A stretch of 47,186 nucleotides of DNA from Perkinsus olseni. Lineage: Eukaryota. Every line of letters starts with the position of its first letter. The first letter of the stretch is position 1. The notes beneath the pieces are model-generated. The model did no database searches, was not told the origin of the DNA, and was given only the letters and a program-made list of their open reading frames with translations. The translations under genes and the position numbers were made by a program. This document shows positions 25,577 to 37,989 of the stretch, piece after piece. The stretch covers positions 62,001 through 109,186 of the forward strand of contig JABANN010000039.1 of NCBI GenBank assembly GCA_013115125.1, given 5' to 3'.

Positions 25577-26755
25577 ATGGATCGCCAGTTATGCTCCAGA
25601 GACGTAGCTTCGGGTTATTCCAGTATGGTCGAGATGAGTCCTCAATCCCCGTCAGCAGAGGTGCCGGATAAGGCAGCAGCTCCTATAAGAGACATTCAAC
25701 GTAAACTGAGCAAGGGGACCACCCCGGCAGCTTGCGGTGATGACTGGTGGCTGAGACTCTCCAGTGGAAAGGGGAGGGCACAAAGGCACTGAGTGATGGT
25801 AAGTCTTCCTAGGAAGCGGCATTGGTACACCTGTCTCGATTTTAATAGGAAGGAGAATCTCGTACCGCTCTGGGATGAAGGCCTTGGCTTCATGTTATTT
25901 GCGTTTCACTCGAACACACTGGACGCAGCTGGGCGAACGCTGGGCGACAAGGCCTGGTATTATTTCTCTCGCAGGTGAGTCTGAGAAGCTCAGCGACCGA
26001 CTGCACGCGCTTATACGACTGATTCTCGTCACTGCCAACTGCCTATCCATTGACGTTGCTGAGGCGGCTGGATTGGAAGTGGCGAAGAATAAGGCGAAGT
26101 ACCCTGCCGGTAGGAGCTTCCGGCGACCACACGGTGTCGCTCCAGCCTAGCCTCGTCTCAGAGGTTGTCAGAGGCTCCGCCGCTAAGTACAACGAGTATG
26201 ACTCATATACTCCCCGAAAATGCCGAGTCGGCGGCGCCCGCGATGTGGAGACTCTCGAGCAGATGGCTGAAGAGATGACGCAGTTCGCCATAGATCGCGA
26301 CTGGCTCCAGTATCACACGCCAAGGTGGTCTCGGGGCCTAGGTCTCGCCGTTCTCTGGACAGCTCCGAATTCTGTGCTGCTGTGAGTCGTCATGTTGGTA
26401 TCAGGAATCTTACGCTGGCCCTGTGTGGGGAAGTTGGTGAGCTCTGTGAACTGCTGGCGGAACAGGATGGCACCAAGGAATGCTCGAACGATAGTCCGGA
26501 GGCCGAGGAAATATCCGACTGTCTGTTGTAAGCATCGTCGTTCGCCCCCTCCCGGTTGGCTCATTGCCGGACGGCGATGACAAGCGAGACAAAACCGTGC
26601 TGCGGCTCTGTTCCATCGACTTGAGGGTTATATATACCCCACTGTACCCGAAATCTTTCGAACGACTGAGTTGTGGAGTCCTCAGGTACGCTGTTCGTAT
26701 AGTTTCCGTGTGCGGTTTAAGCCTAGACGTTGACAAGGTAATTGAAAACCAGTGA
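25577..26755 (+). CDS. dCTP pyrophosphatase 1-like (MazG all-alpha NTP pyrophosphatase), apparently two tandem modules
   Basis: FAIDRDWLQYHTPR/NLTLALCGEVGELCEL...EEISDCLL/YAVRIVSVCG is the DCTPP1 signature. It is preceded by IDVAEAAGLEVAKNKAKYP...GSAAKYNEY, which is normally the C-terminal motif. Start at 25577 or 25625. Confidence 0.85.
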
Positions 26756-27500
26756 TAACGAGCTTGCAGTCTTCCCGGCCTGCACGGGCCTTGTGTTATC
26801 ATCGTCACGGCGCTCGTTCTCCAGCGATCGATGTACTCGCTACTGTCGGCATGTATGCTGGCGATGCTTGCGCCGGCGACTGCAGAATGTGATGTTGTGT
26901 CGAACTCTAGAAGGGCTCAAGGAGGTCGATTATCCCCGCCTTGCATCACATCAGTGACCTGTCCAAGAACGATCCGCTGTCGGTAGAAATCCACGCACAG
27001 AGTGATGAGATATAACCAGCAGCGCGTCACGGCCCCTACGAACGCGTGCATACGAGTATGTAGCGTCAAGAGGCTTGGGGCATCCTCAGTCTGTCACAGT
27101 TGCCGGTGCTTAGCCTTCTGAATCCATGCCCTCCGCTTTGAGCAGGCCTCTCCTACCGCATCTATACGATGACCCGAACGAGAATGTTGAGAAGGTGACT
27201 GGTGCTCGTCGTTCCGAACGACTCGCTCGAAGCTGAGGATTCTCGAGTCTGTCTCCCGATATCGTTTTGGTAAAAGTGCCCACTTTAGCCGGCAATTCTA
27301 TGCAGTAGCTTCCGGTCGATGCTAGCGGTCCTTAAGGGCTCTCACCTTAGCTGCTGTAGCGCTTCTGTGTCCACCGATACGCTAAGTGTTGGAGTCCCCG
27401 GCGTGCAGCACGCAGACCCTTGCTCCCTCTCGTGACGCGCCGGCGTATGAGACACGAGTCTTCCCTTCAGTGCTGTCTTGGTCGAAGACTACTTCTGCCG

Positions 27501-29399
27501 ATGACATGCTCGTTAATCCTTTGCATACTGCTATATCCACTGTTGTATGCTCTAAAGTTGCCCTACGATCAGAGTAAGCTTTCCCTCACCTCCCCTGGCT
27601 TTGGAACTCTCTGATTGTGCCTTAGTGTGCTCGTTCATTAGCTCATTCAGGCGTCCGTGCCTTGGGGCTTAACAACGCCGTTTACGTTGATTCCATAACC
27701 GAACCGGTTGGATGCTCGCCGGAAGTCAGGTGAGAGCGTTGTGATTTCAAGTCTCGTCGTCAATGAATAGATGCTGGGATTGGAGAACATTCAAGGACTG
27801 ATAGCCTCGTCCGTATGCATAGGGTATCGCTCTTATCCCTGGCACATTCAGGCAGCTTGCTCTTCTGAGCGTGGCTTGGGCTTCAGGCGTCCCCTGGTTG
27901 GTGTCCTCACCCTACCGTGCGGGAAACGCTGTCTTTCTGGCGGTCGTGGCTACATTGCTGCGAGTTATGTTAAATGGCTAGAGGCGGCGGGAGCTCAGGT
28001 AACGGTTGTGTGGGAGCGTGCAATTTGTGTTTCCCTGCCCGGCCAATTACTCTGACGATAGGCGAATCGTCGATGCAGCAGTTTAGCCAACCAAACCGTA
28101 TTGTCTACGCTAGCTGAGCGTTCAGGTCGTGCCCATCCCGCATTACGAGACGCACGAGCGTGTCTCGAAGCTGCTCAGAATGGTTTCAGGTGAGAATTCG
28201 AAAGTTAAGATGGCGGCATTGGGCTAGCCGACTTATCGCAATTTCGCGAGAGGGGGGTCGTCTATGTCGCCCTCAGGTGTATTGTTCACGGGCGGAGGTG
28301 ACCAAGGGCCGCAATGGGACAAACTAACAGAATGGATTATAAAAGCTCGAGCCACTGAGGAACTCGCAGGGCTGCCCGTTTGGGGTACTTGTCTAGGATT
28401 CGAGCGTCTTATTCGAATCGGTGAGTTCGTGCATCTAGCTGTCGCTGAGGGACTGCGTATCCGGTTCGTTCAGCGGCTGGAAATGACTCAATTCTAGAAT
28501 CAACACCTGGGGCTGACGATGTGAGCACCAAGGCGTAGCATGGACGTATAGTCGCATGGCTCGCTGAAGGTATCCTTACGACTGAAGTGGATCCAAGATG
28601 AGAATTCAGCCTTAGAGAGGGACAGCGGCGCTGCTAGGGCAAGCTGCGACCTAGCGAAGGGAGCATCTCAGGTCTCTATTCAGGCCATGCACGCTACCTC
28701 TGTTCGGAATATGACATACAATCATCACGACTGGGGAGTCTGGTCTGACCAACTCTTGAGGTAGGTGCCTGACGATGATCCTGATAGCTTCATGCCGTAG
28801 GACAGACCGATTGTTAGATACCCTGAGGCTGAGAAGAATTTGAGAGTCCTAGCAACATCCAGAAGTCACGCTGTCGGAAAAGAATTTGTCGCCGTTGTCG
28901 AGGGTCGAAACGCCTTCGATGGCGTATGGGCAGTCCAAGTGAGATTGTGGTTGGCGCCATTGCAGTGGAGGTTGGGCATTACGAGCTACGTTACTCAGTT
29001 TCACCCGGAGAAGCCTTCCTTTGAGTGGAGCTCGAAGCTGGCTATCGATCACTCTCGCATTTCTGTCGAGGCGAACCGCTTCTTCGCAGACTTCTTCCTA
29101 AGCCGTGTGCGAGAACATCCTCCGCGCCGGGGGTGAGTTCCCGCATGGCTCTCAGCTCTCTACGGAAAGTTTCCCTCCCGTGCGGAACATGTCAGTTGCT
29201 TGACGCCGTCCGAGGAAGCTTCGGTACTGATTTACAACTACCCACTCTATTTTACTGGTTGGATGGGCTCGCCCGGAGTGGATGCTCGCAAGGAAGGGTA
29301 GCTGCCCTGACCCGACCTGCTTGGTCTTCCCGCCGCTCTTATCATTCTATCGGGCGTCATTCTCGTACCAGGTATTTCACGGAGACCTACTTCATATAA
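27501..29399 (+). CDS. GGH: Gamma-glutamyl hydrolase (peptidase C26) with signal peptide, multi-exon
   Basis: Signal MTCSLILCILLYPLLYA, then RPLVGVLT, YIAASYVKWLEAAGAQV, GVLFTGGG, catalytic VWGTCLGFE, YNHHDWG, QFHPEKPSFEW, LIYNY and terminal FTETYFI-stop. Confidence 0.93.
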
Positions 29400-29712
29400 C
29401 ATACCGTACTTTCCAATAAAATCTGGGATCTTACCTTGCCAATGCAAGTAACTTTTTGGAAGTTCGCATACTTCTAAGAGGGCGGCGATACACGGGTTGG
29501 ACCGTGCCCGAATGTCCCGAATGTCCATCGTGCTGAGATACAAATGTTCATTTTTGATGGTTTGATACCTTTGAGGCTATTGCGTTACCGCGACCGTGTG
29601 AGTTGAGCATGTACCCCGGCTCTCAAGTGAAGGACAGGCCGTACACAAGCGTGGTTGGGGAAGTATACAGCGATTGGCGCACACACGCGCTGTCATTATC
29701 GTACGTCACTAA

Positions 29713-29794
29713 GACACTTTGGCCGAGTGGTTAAGGCGGCGGCCTGCTAAGCCGTTGGGCTCTGCCCGCGAGGGTTCGAATCCCTCAGGTGTCG
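29713..29794 (+). tRNA. tRNA-Ser (GCT)
   Basis: GACACTT acceptor arm pairing with AGGTGTC, TGGCCGAGTGGTTAAGG D-arm, CT-GCT-AA anticodon loop, long variable arm, GGTTCGAATCC T-arm. Confidence 0.97.
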
Positions 29795-30194
29795 TATATT
29801 TCGATATTTTCTCTAGGACATCCCATGGGCTGCTCTCTCTCCGTGGCTTGTCTGTACCTTTTGCCTGTGCTTGCGTGTGATATGCGGTGGTTTTTAACCC
29901 AGTTTCTCCGTCGTGTTTTCTTCCGATGAACGCTTTCTCTGAAAACGACTCTATTTGTATCTTCAGCTCAAATACGCGAATTCCGTGTCTCACTGTGCGT
30001 ACACCCTGAGTCTCTGCGCTGACAGCTTGAGGCGCTATTAGGGAGCATTTCATCGCTGTTCCGATAAAGCTGCTCTACGGCCATGAGAATGCAGTATTAG
30101 ATGGTATCTACATCGCTCAGCATACGCATCAGAGTCATGCTTAATAATAGTTACTTTCCGGTTACCACCGTTTAGTAGCTACTTTTATTTGTTA

Positions 30195-32409
30195 ATGGGT
30201 CTTGCATGGCTTGACGTACTGGTTCTTGTTGCATACCTGGCTGTTCGGATCGAAGCCGATATAATCCAGCCACTCGAGCGTGTCGGGGAACGCCTTGGGG
30301 TCCGAATGAAAATCGGATCCCCACCTCAAGAGCTGATGTTGCTCGTGGACAGCATGGGATCGGACACTGTTGTGGTAGTAGGGTCTGAGGCTTCCTTCGG
30401 CATTTTTCATTTTGAAGCTGGGGTTGCCAACCCGGCGCCACTCAAGTCCACAGCGGAGTCCTCTTTGAGTTCAGGTTGCATGCGATTCTGGAGGACAGCG
30501 CGGCTCGTGTTACAAAATCGACGCAAGCGATACTGCGGAAGCATGCAGGAACCCAGCGGAATGCTACGCGGACATACCGAATTTTGGCGACTTTTACGAT
30601 TGCCAACCTAGCAGGGAAATGGACTGGCATAAAGCGCGGAGTAATACTATGGCGGCACAATCGTACGTCAGCTATAGACCATAAGACCAAACACGATTAT
30701 CGGGGCACTTCCGTCACCCGCTTGGTAAAACCGCAGTTTCATCACCATCTCAGGAACAACACATTACATCAATCTCGACGGCCCACGCTACTTTAAATAC
30801 GAGGGAATCGAGGTAGGACAAACGTAGCCAAGATATCCGGTTTAAAAGACTAGCTGGATTTAGCATGAGCTGTCAGCGCGAGCGTTGAGCATTTGAAACC
30901 CGGCTTTAGGTCAAGGAGCTGGCGTCTATCAGCTCGGTCAACGAGAGCGTCTCTATCCCGCTGAGGGTTGCCCTGGACGGCGCCGAGGGAGTCAGTAGCG
31001 GGGTAAGAGAGTATGGAAGAAAACTTCCGTGTCATCGTCGCCCGGATTGTGAAGACCTTCCGGATTCCGAGAATTTCCGCTCTCGTCGCCTCTTACGGTT
31101 CATTCGTTGTTTGTTTCTCAAGGTATCAGCCAACGGCGACGTTGCTGGTGTGCTCGGGCTCGCAAGTAATATCCGAACTGTTTGGGGCTCCGCTCAAACT
31201 CGGTTTGGCCTACTTGTATCGTTCTAGCGTTCAGGGGCTACCTTTACTTGTCGCAACGATTCTACGGTTGCTGACTTCTGTGGTTCGGGCGCCCAGTTGA
31301 CAGGCGTTACTTTGGATTTGGCCCGGTCGCGCTTGATCATGTGGGCGGCGCTGTCACCGGTGGCAACCACCTGGAGCGAGGGGCTTCAAGATTCGGGTCC
31401 GCGGCTACCACGCTACCCCGGATTTATGGTGTACGTAAGGTGCCTAAGTCGCTCACCTGAGAGGCTGTTCCAGTTACCACCCGACCATGTGCGGCTCCGA
31501 AATGCTCACGCCAGACATTAGCTCGAACTGGTTAGCTGTTGCAAGTAAGCGGCTTTGATACTAATGAGGTCCATTGATCCGCAGAGCACGAGCGCAGTGC
31601 TGTTGACACGACGAGATGTTCCCGTGAGTACTTCAGGTACTTTGCACGAATGCCTGATAGTCCCTGCTGTCTTCCTCGAATCTCTTCTTGGATGGGCATC
31701 GAATTTGCATTGTACCAGTAATCGGACTTGTACTGCTGCTGGGCCTCTGCCGACGCTGAGCTTCCGTCTCTACGAAAATACGGGGTAAAAGGGCCACTGT
31801 TGGCGCATGTGACGAACTCGCTCAGGTTGTCTCCGACGTTCCATCTCCCTCTAGATTCATTGCTCATGGAGGATAAGAAGACGGTCTGTCTGCAGAGCTT
31901 CAGCTCACCGATGACGGGCGAGTTCACAAGCACGCCAATCATATTGGGAATTCGGGCATTGCGGGCAACATTCGCCAATATAACTTGGGTCGGCAACAAG
32001 GTTGCGCTTGAGCCGTTGAAACCGTCAAATGAGGCTGCAGCAAGTGCCCGCTTCGGATGCGCCTTGATACCAGCGTGCACGGGGCAACAGCGGTAAATGG
32101 GGGAGGAGCTTGACGAAAGGTACGATGTGCTCGGATGTCAGATACGACGCACGAACCAACACTTGTATCGACCCGGTTTGTTCAGCGTACGCACTGATGG
32201 TCGTCGACGAGCAGAGCAAAACCTGCGTGTGGGCCACTTGGGGTAGTGCTAGCTCGCCTAGCTTCGAGGTCGCCACTCGCTTTCTTTCAGTTCCGTATGT
32301 CTTCGGCATACTGGTAGTCTTTCTGTCAGCTGGGGATATTCTCTCTCAACGGTTGTACCGGATATGCGTGCGTCTGGCTGCCCAGAAATCCAGAAGTTTA
32401 CGTAGTTGA
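30195..32409 (+). CDS. Pepsin-like (A1) aspartic-protease homolog, type I membrane protein, with degenerate catalytic motifs
   Basis: Signal peptide. VRMKIGSPPQELMLLVDSMGSDTVV parallels IGTPPQ.F.V..DTGSSDLWV, and PIILGIRALRATFANITWVGNKVAL parallels the terminal ILGD.FLR..Y.VFD..NN.IGFA. These are followed by a Cys-rich segment, a TM helix VPYVFGILVVFLSAG and a short basic tail. Confidence 0.6.
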
Positions 32410-32597
32410 CCGTAACATTACAACAGGTATTTCTGCCCGTTGTGTCTTGTGTTTAATACTAGTATTCATTTTCTTCTGGGTTGCGCTCTTACGGTGGATA
32501 GGCATGCTTTCGATTACCGACCTCTTCGAGGAGTCGGCCTCGTAAGCCCCGAGCCGATGATGGAGCAAAAACTCTTCGGTAGTTTTGTATAGAAAAA

Positions 32598-32671
32598 TAC
32601 TCCGGGCGGGACTTGAACCCGCAACCTTTGGATTAGAAGTCCAACGCTCTATCCGATTGAGCCACCGGAGC
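32598..32671 (-). tRNA. tRNA-Arg (TCT)
   Basis: Reverse complement GCTCCGGTGGCTCAATCGGATAGAGCGTTGGACT-TCT-AATCCAAAGGTTGCGGGTTCAAGTCCCGCCCGGAGTA, followed by a T-run. Confidence 0.96.
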
Positions 32672-32861
32672 TGTAATATTTACGCTGCCATGTCAGACCG
32701 ACCGTATCTAGCATGGTTAGTTGTGACCATGGGGGTGGTTCACGTATCCACGTAGTTCACTAAGCATGCATACTGTGATGTTAGACATAAGTCGTGCGCC
32801 TCCTATGAAACCGTACGCGGTAGAATACCACCAAGAAGGGAGTAGCCGAAAACGACATACA

Positions 32862-32933
32862 AGCCGGATAGCGGGATTGAACCGCCGACCTTCAGTTTAC
32901 AAGACTGACGCTCTACCACTAAGCTAAACCGGC
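32862..32933 (-). tRNA. tRNA-Thr (TGT)
   Basis: Reverse complement GCCGGTTTAGCTTAGTGGTAGAGCGTCAGTCT-TGT-AAACTGAAGGTCGGCGGTTCAATCCCGCTATCCGGCT. Confidence 0.96.
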
Positions 32934-33076
32934 GTGAAAACTGATGTGCTCTCAACCGCTTCGCCCGTTTGCTCACTTTGATGAGCATTATTGGTCGACT
33001 TGCTCACGAACGGGGTTCTCAATGACGACAAGTGCCGTAATAGCGGTTTTCGATCCCTTCTGTGCCTTGAGCCGAA

Positions 33077-36000
33077 ATGCCTATTCCCTCTCCAATTCGC
33101 TTCTATCGTAGAGTCGAGCCCAAGCGCTCCAAGGTTGCCGGGGTTGTTGTTCATCAAGAGGAGATATGCTTCAATGTGCAAGTATGGAAATAGTGGCAGT
33201 CTAGATAGACGCAGGTTTTGAAGAGATGACATGGTGTGCAGGTACAGTCATTACATTGGTATGCTGGTACAGGCCTTACTGACGAGGAAGAGACTCGCCT
33301 TCTGTGGCTTCTCCAAGAGACGTTTCCTTGTATGGGGAGTGTTGTTACCAAAGAGACCACCATGTCGACTAAAGAGAACCACTCAACTGAGATCATTGAA
33401 GTTGGCCCGCGACAGCAGTTCGTCACAGCTTGGTGTACTAACGCCGTGAGTATCTGCCTTTCCGCTGGCATTGCCAGTGTTGATCGGATTGAGAGTAAGG
33501 CTTAAGAATGCGAATTCTCGCTTCACCTATCCTTTTTGCAGAGACTAGACGTTATCTCATCGAAAGTCCCTCTTCTCCCGAGATCCGTGAAAAGTTCCTG
33601 GCAGAGGTAATACTACCGGTGATAGCCGTGAACAATTCGACGTTGTGGTTCGCTGCATGTGGCCGATGAATCACCTGCTGCTACTCGCGATATCAGATAC
33701 ACGATCGAATGACCGAAATGGAGTATCCCGCGGATTCTGGCGGTTTCTGCTACGTCGAGGCGGCTGAACCCGCAGCTTGGGGTGAGGTGGACGTGATGGC
33801 GGAGGGAAAACAGGCGCTGGAGAGATTCAGCGGTGGGACCTAGCCACTGGGGCATTCGCAGAGAAAGTGGGTAGTCTACCATTCTCAGAGGCGAATGGTC
33901 TGGGGTACGATTCCCAGGATGTTGATTATTATGTCAAGTTGTTCAGAGACGAGCTGAAACGCAATCCAACCACTGTAAGTCGCTCGATACTCCTCCCTCA
34001 TCAGGGTTCATCAACATCCACTGCTGGGCTGTCTGTCATTGAGCGTAGTTGATCTGTCATATGCCAGGTTGAATGCTTTGATCTGGCGCAGGGTAACAGT
34101 GAGCACTCCCGCCACTGGTTCTTCGGAGGGAAACTGGTGGTCGATGGTGTGGGGGTCCCCCATACACTTTTCCAGCTCGTCAAGAATCCCTACAGACGAG
34201 TACAGCAAAGGGAGAAGGAGGGGGGTAGACCCAATGCCTCGACTGTGGCATTCAGTGACAACAGCTCGGCTATACGCGGCGCCGCTGGTGGCTTTACTGG
34301 TTTACTGCCCGACTTGACCACGGGGGAGTTTTCGGAGAGTTCCCTAATTTATGACATCACTTTCACCTGTGAAACACATAATTTTCCGTGTGGTGTGGCA
34401 CCATTCCCGGGGGCGGAGACGGGTACCGGCGGAAGGTTGCGTGATGGCCAGAGTACCGGTAGGGGCAGCCTGGTGCTGGCGGGCACGGCCGCTTACTGCG
34501 TGGGGGCACTCTACCTGGAAGACGCCGACAGAGAAGTCGACTGGGAAGACCGATCTTGGAAGTATCCGAGCAACTTGGCCAAGCCTGTGGATATCCTCAT
34601 CCAGGCATCTAACGGTGCTAGTGATTACGGTAACAAGTTCGGGGAGCCTGTCGTCAATGGGTTCTGTCGGAGCTACGCTGCGGTCGTTGGAGGGGAGAGG
34701 ATCGAGTGGGTGAAACCGATCATGATGAGTGGCGGTATCGGCAGTATGGACTGCCGTCACCGGCTCAAGCAGACTCCGCCAATGCCGGGCGCCGCGATCG
34801 TCAAGCTTGGTGGACCTGCTTACCGTTTGGGTGTAGGCGGGGGTGCAGCCAGCTCGATGGTCGCCGGAGAGAATCAGGAGCACCTCGACTTTAACGCGGT
34901 CCAGCGGGGAGATGCCCAGATGCTACAGAGAGTTAATAGGGTTATCCGATACCTTGTCGAGATGGGTGAAGGTAATCCGGTGCTGTCCATCCACGACCAA
35001 GGCGCTGGGGGGGCGGGCAACGTACTGAAGGAGATCGGGGAGCCTACTGGTCTTGAAATTGATATGAAACACATGTTGAGTGGCGACCCTAGTCTGTCGG
35101 CTCTGGAGTTGTGGATTGCTGAGTACCAAGAGAATGACGCTCTGCTACTGCCCGAGAGCAAGCTGGGCCTCTTCGCGGAGCTGTGTCGCCGGGAGGGGGC
35201 ACCGTGGTCGAAGGTGGGCTCTGTTGTTACTACTGGCAGATGCAAAGTGGTGGACAAGGAAGGGAAAGTGCCGGTGGACTTACCACTGGATAAAGTACTC
35301 TGCAAAATGCCACAGAAAACGTTCCATCTAACCAAGCCGGTGGTGGTGGGCCATAGGCTCGGTCGCTTTGAGGAAGATGTCCGAGGGTGCCTCTGGAAGG
35401 TGAGGCATCGGGTGCCCAATCGACGGCGTTGACAGCTGTTTATCCTTCAGGTTATGCGGTTGGTCTCGGTCGGATCGAAGAGGTTCCTGTGCAACAAAGT
35501 AGACCGCTCAGTGACGGGTCTGGTGGCTCAGCAGCAGTGTGTTGGTCCCTTCCATACCCCTCTGGCCAACGCCGCGGTCACCGCCACCTCGATGCTGAGC
35601 CTACAGGGCTCGGCTACTGCCATTGGGGAGCGGCCTATCGTCGGGCTGTCCGGTGACGACTCGGCCTTACGCGCGATGGCAAGGTTGGCCGTAGCGGAGG
35701 CTCTTACGAACTTGGTGTGGGTGAAGGTGGAGAACATGGAGGATGTCCGGTGCAGTGGTAACTGGATGTGGGCTGCTAAGCTGCCTGGGGAAGGGTACAA
35801 GATGTTGAAGGTGGCCGAGGCCATTGACGAGGTTATGTGTGGTATTGGCATTGCTATTGATGGGGGGAAGGACTCTTTGAGTATGGCAGCTCAGTGCCCT
35901 AGTCGAGATGACGGCCCTCAGGACCAACAGAAGGAGACTGTTAAGGTAGGCTGGTCGGACTCTGGTCGTAGTGAAGGGGAGGATGTGTGGAAGAGAGGAC

Positions 36001-37989
36001 CGCTCCTTGAGCATTCTGTGTCTCACCTCAGGCGCCCGGCGAAGTGGTTGTGTCGGTGTATGCCGCAGTACCAGACGTTACAGTGAAGGTCACTCCGGAT
36101 GTCAAGCTGTCACCTTCCGAGTCGGTGCTATTGTTCGTCGACTTGGACCCCACACCGTCTCTCAAGGGAACTTCCCTGGCCCATGTCATGCTACAGAGTG
36201 GCCATGTGGATGGGGAGGGACGGATCAGTGATGTGGATGTGGACCAGCTCCGCCATGCCTTCCTGGTCACGCAGGTGATACCAACCTGAGCAGCTCTCGG
36301 TCTGCACTTTCTCGTCAGGATCTCATCACTCGTGGCCTCATCTCGGCGGGCCATGACCGCTCTGATGGAGGGCTGCTGGTCGCTGCCTGCGAGATGATCA
36401 TCGCTGGTGGTCACAGTGGTTACCTTCTCTCCATTGACGAGGCCAACATCCGTGTCGGTCCGGATGGCAGCCCTGGTGTGATGGAGTACCTCTTCAGCGA
36501 AGGCCCTGGATTGCTCCTCGAGGTTGCCACCAGTAACGTTCCTACAGTTATCTCAGCTTACGGCGACAAGGCTAAATGCAGAGTGCTGGGCAATGGCGTG
36601 AATGGTAGCACAAGTATCGAGGTGGAGCTGAGGTCCACGGGAGGGGCGCGGAGGCAGCTGATGAAGGAGAGTGTTGGAGACGTCAGACTCCAATGGGAGA
36701 AGACCAGCTTCAAACTAGAAGAGCTTCAGGCAGACATCAACTGTGTTAGACAGGAGCGAGGTGAAGCTGGAGGTTTGATTCTTTTTCCCTTGGATCCAAG
36801 TGCTTTTCAGAGGTTATGGCATCGAGGAGCTCCACACCACCGTACCGCTTGACCTTCGCTCCGCTCCCTCGTGCCCCAGCGTCTGCCCAACGGAAGATTC
36901 GCGTTGCCGTAATTCGCGAGGAAGGCTCTAATGGTGACAGGGAGATGGCAGGCAGTTTCTGGAATGCTGGAGCCCTCCCGGTAGACGTTATTATGAGCGA
37001 TATCGCCACCGGCAGGGTGACACTCCAAGGTGGGCCTCGGGGGGCGAGTGTTGGTGCGACTTTATGCCTGTCTCTCAGGCTTCGCGGGAGTCGCTTTTGT
37101 GGGTGGGTTCTCGTATGGAGACGTACTTGACTCGGCGAAGGGATGGGCGGCAAAGGCTACCTTCAACACTAGGTGCCGCGATCAGCTACAGAAGTTCTAC
37201 GATGAGGAGGTGGGCTCCGTGAGAGGTCCTGTTGCCTTCTATCGCATTGTCATTCAGCATACCTTCTCCCTTGGGGTTTGCAACGGATGTCAGCTGATGA
37301 GTCTGCTAGGCTGGGTACCGGGTAAAACCGATAAAGGTGGCTTGCTCGAGCTAAGCCAACGTCCCAGGTGAACTTCCAGCGTCTCCCACGATAATAACGC
37401 CTTCATATCGTAGGTTCGTCCACAACCGCTCTGGCCGCTATGAGTCCCGTTTTGTCTCTGTGGCGGTCGATCCCGCATCACCAGCGATCGGTACATGGTT
37501 CCGGGGTATGGGTGGTAGCGTTCTGGGTGTGTGGATAGCCCATGGGGAAGGGAGGGCTCTATTCCCGGGCAGGGACGTCTACTCTAAAGTAGCTAGTTGC
37601 ACCTCTTCGTTGATTTGAATACTTACGGCTCGACTCAGGTTATGGAATCCCATCTGGCGCCTCTACGTTATGTTGATGATCACGGTGCTCCGACTTCGGT
37701 CTATCCTTTCAACCCTAACGGCTCCCTAGACGGGATCGCCGGGTTGGTGACCCCCGACGGCAGGCATCTTGCGATGATGCCACATCCTGAGCGCTGCTCA
37801 ATGACATGGCAATGGCCGTGGATGCCGAGGGAGTGGAAGGGGATCCGAGGAAGCCCCTGGGCGACTATGTTCCGAAACATCGTCGAATGGGCGGAGAGCA
37901 GGATGACTCCCGAGTTCGGTGGAAGCAGAACTGTGACATCGGGCGTGGACGACATGGACCTCGACGTGGAGAAGTTGAAGGCGCTTTAA
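33077..37989 (+). CDS. purL: Phosphoribosylformylglycinamidine synthase (large single-chain PurL/PFAS), multi-exon
   Basis: IEVGPR, NSEHSRHWFF, ETHNFPCGVAPFPGAETGTGGRLRD, HDQGAGG, GSKRFLCNKVDRSVTG, GGKDSLSM, REEGSNGDREM, GGFSYGDVLDSAKGW, LGVCNGCQL, AHGEGR, MMPHPER. The start MPIPSPIRFYRR is tentative. Confidence 0.97.

Noticed and set aside
29709-30053. Minus-strand ORF containing TTPEGFEPSRAEPNGLAGRRLNHSAKVS
   Set aside because: This is the antisense translation of tRNA-Ser, a common spurious ORF.
34344-35419. Long minus-strand ORFs (179 and 181 aa) overlapping purL
   Set aside because: These are antisense shadows of a GC-rich coding exon with no independent motifs.
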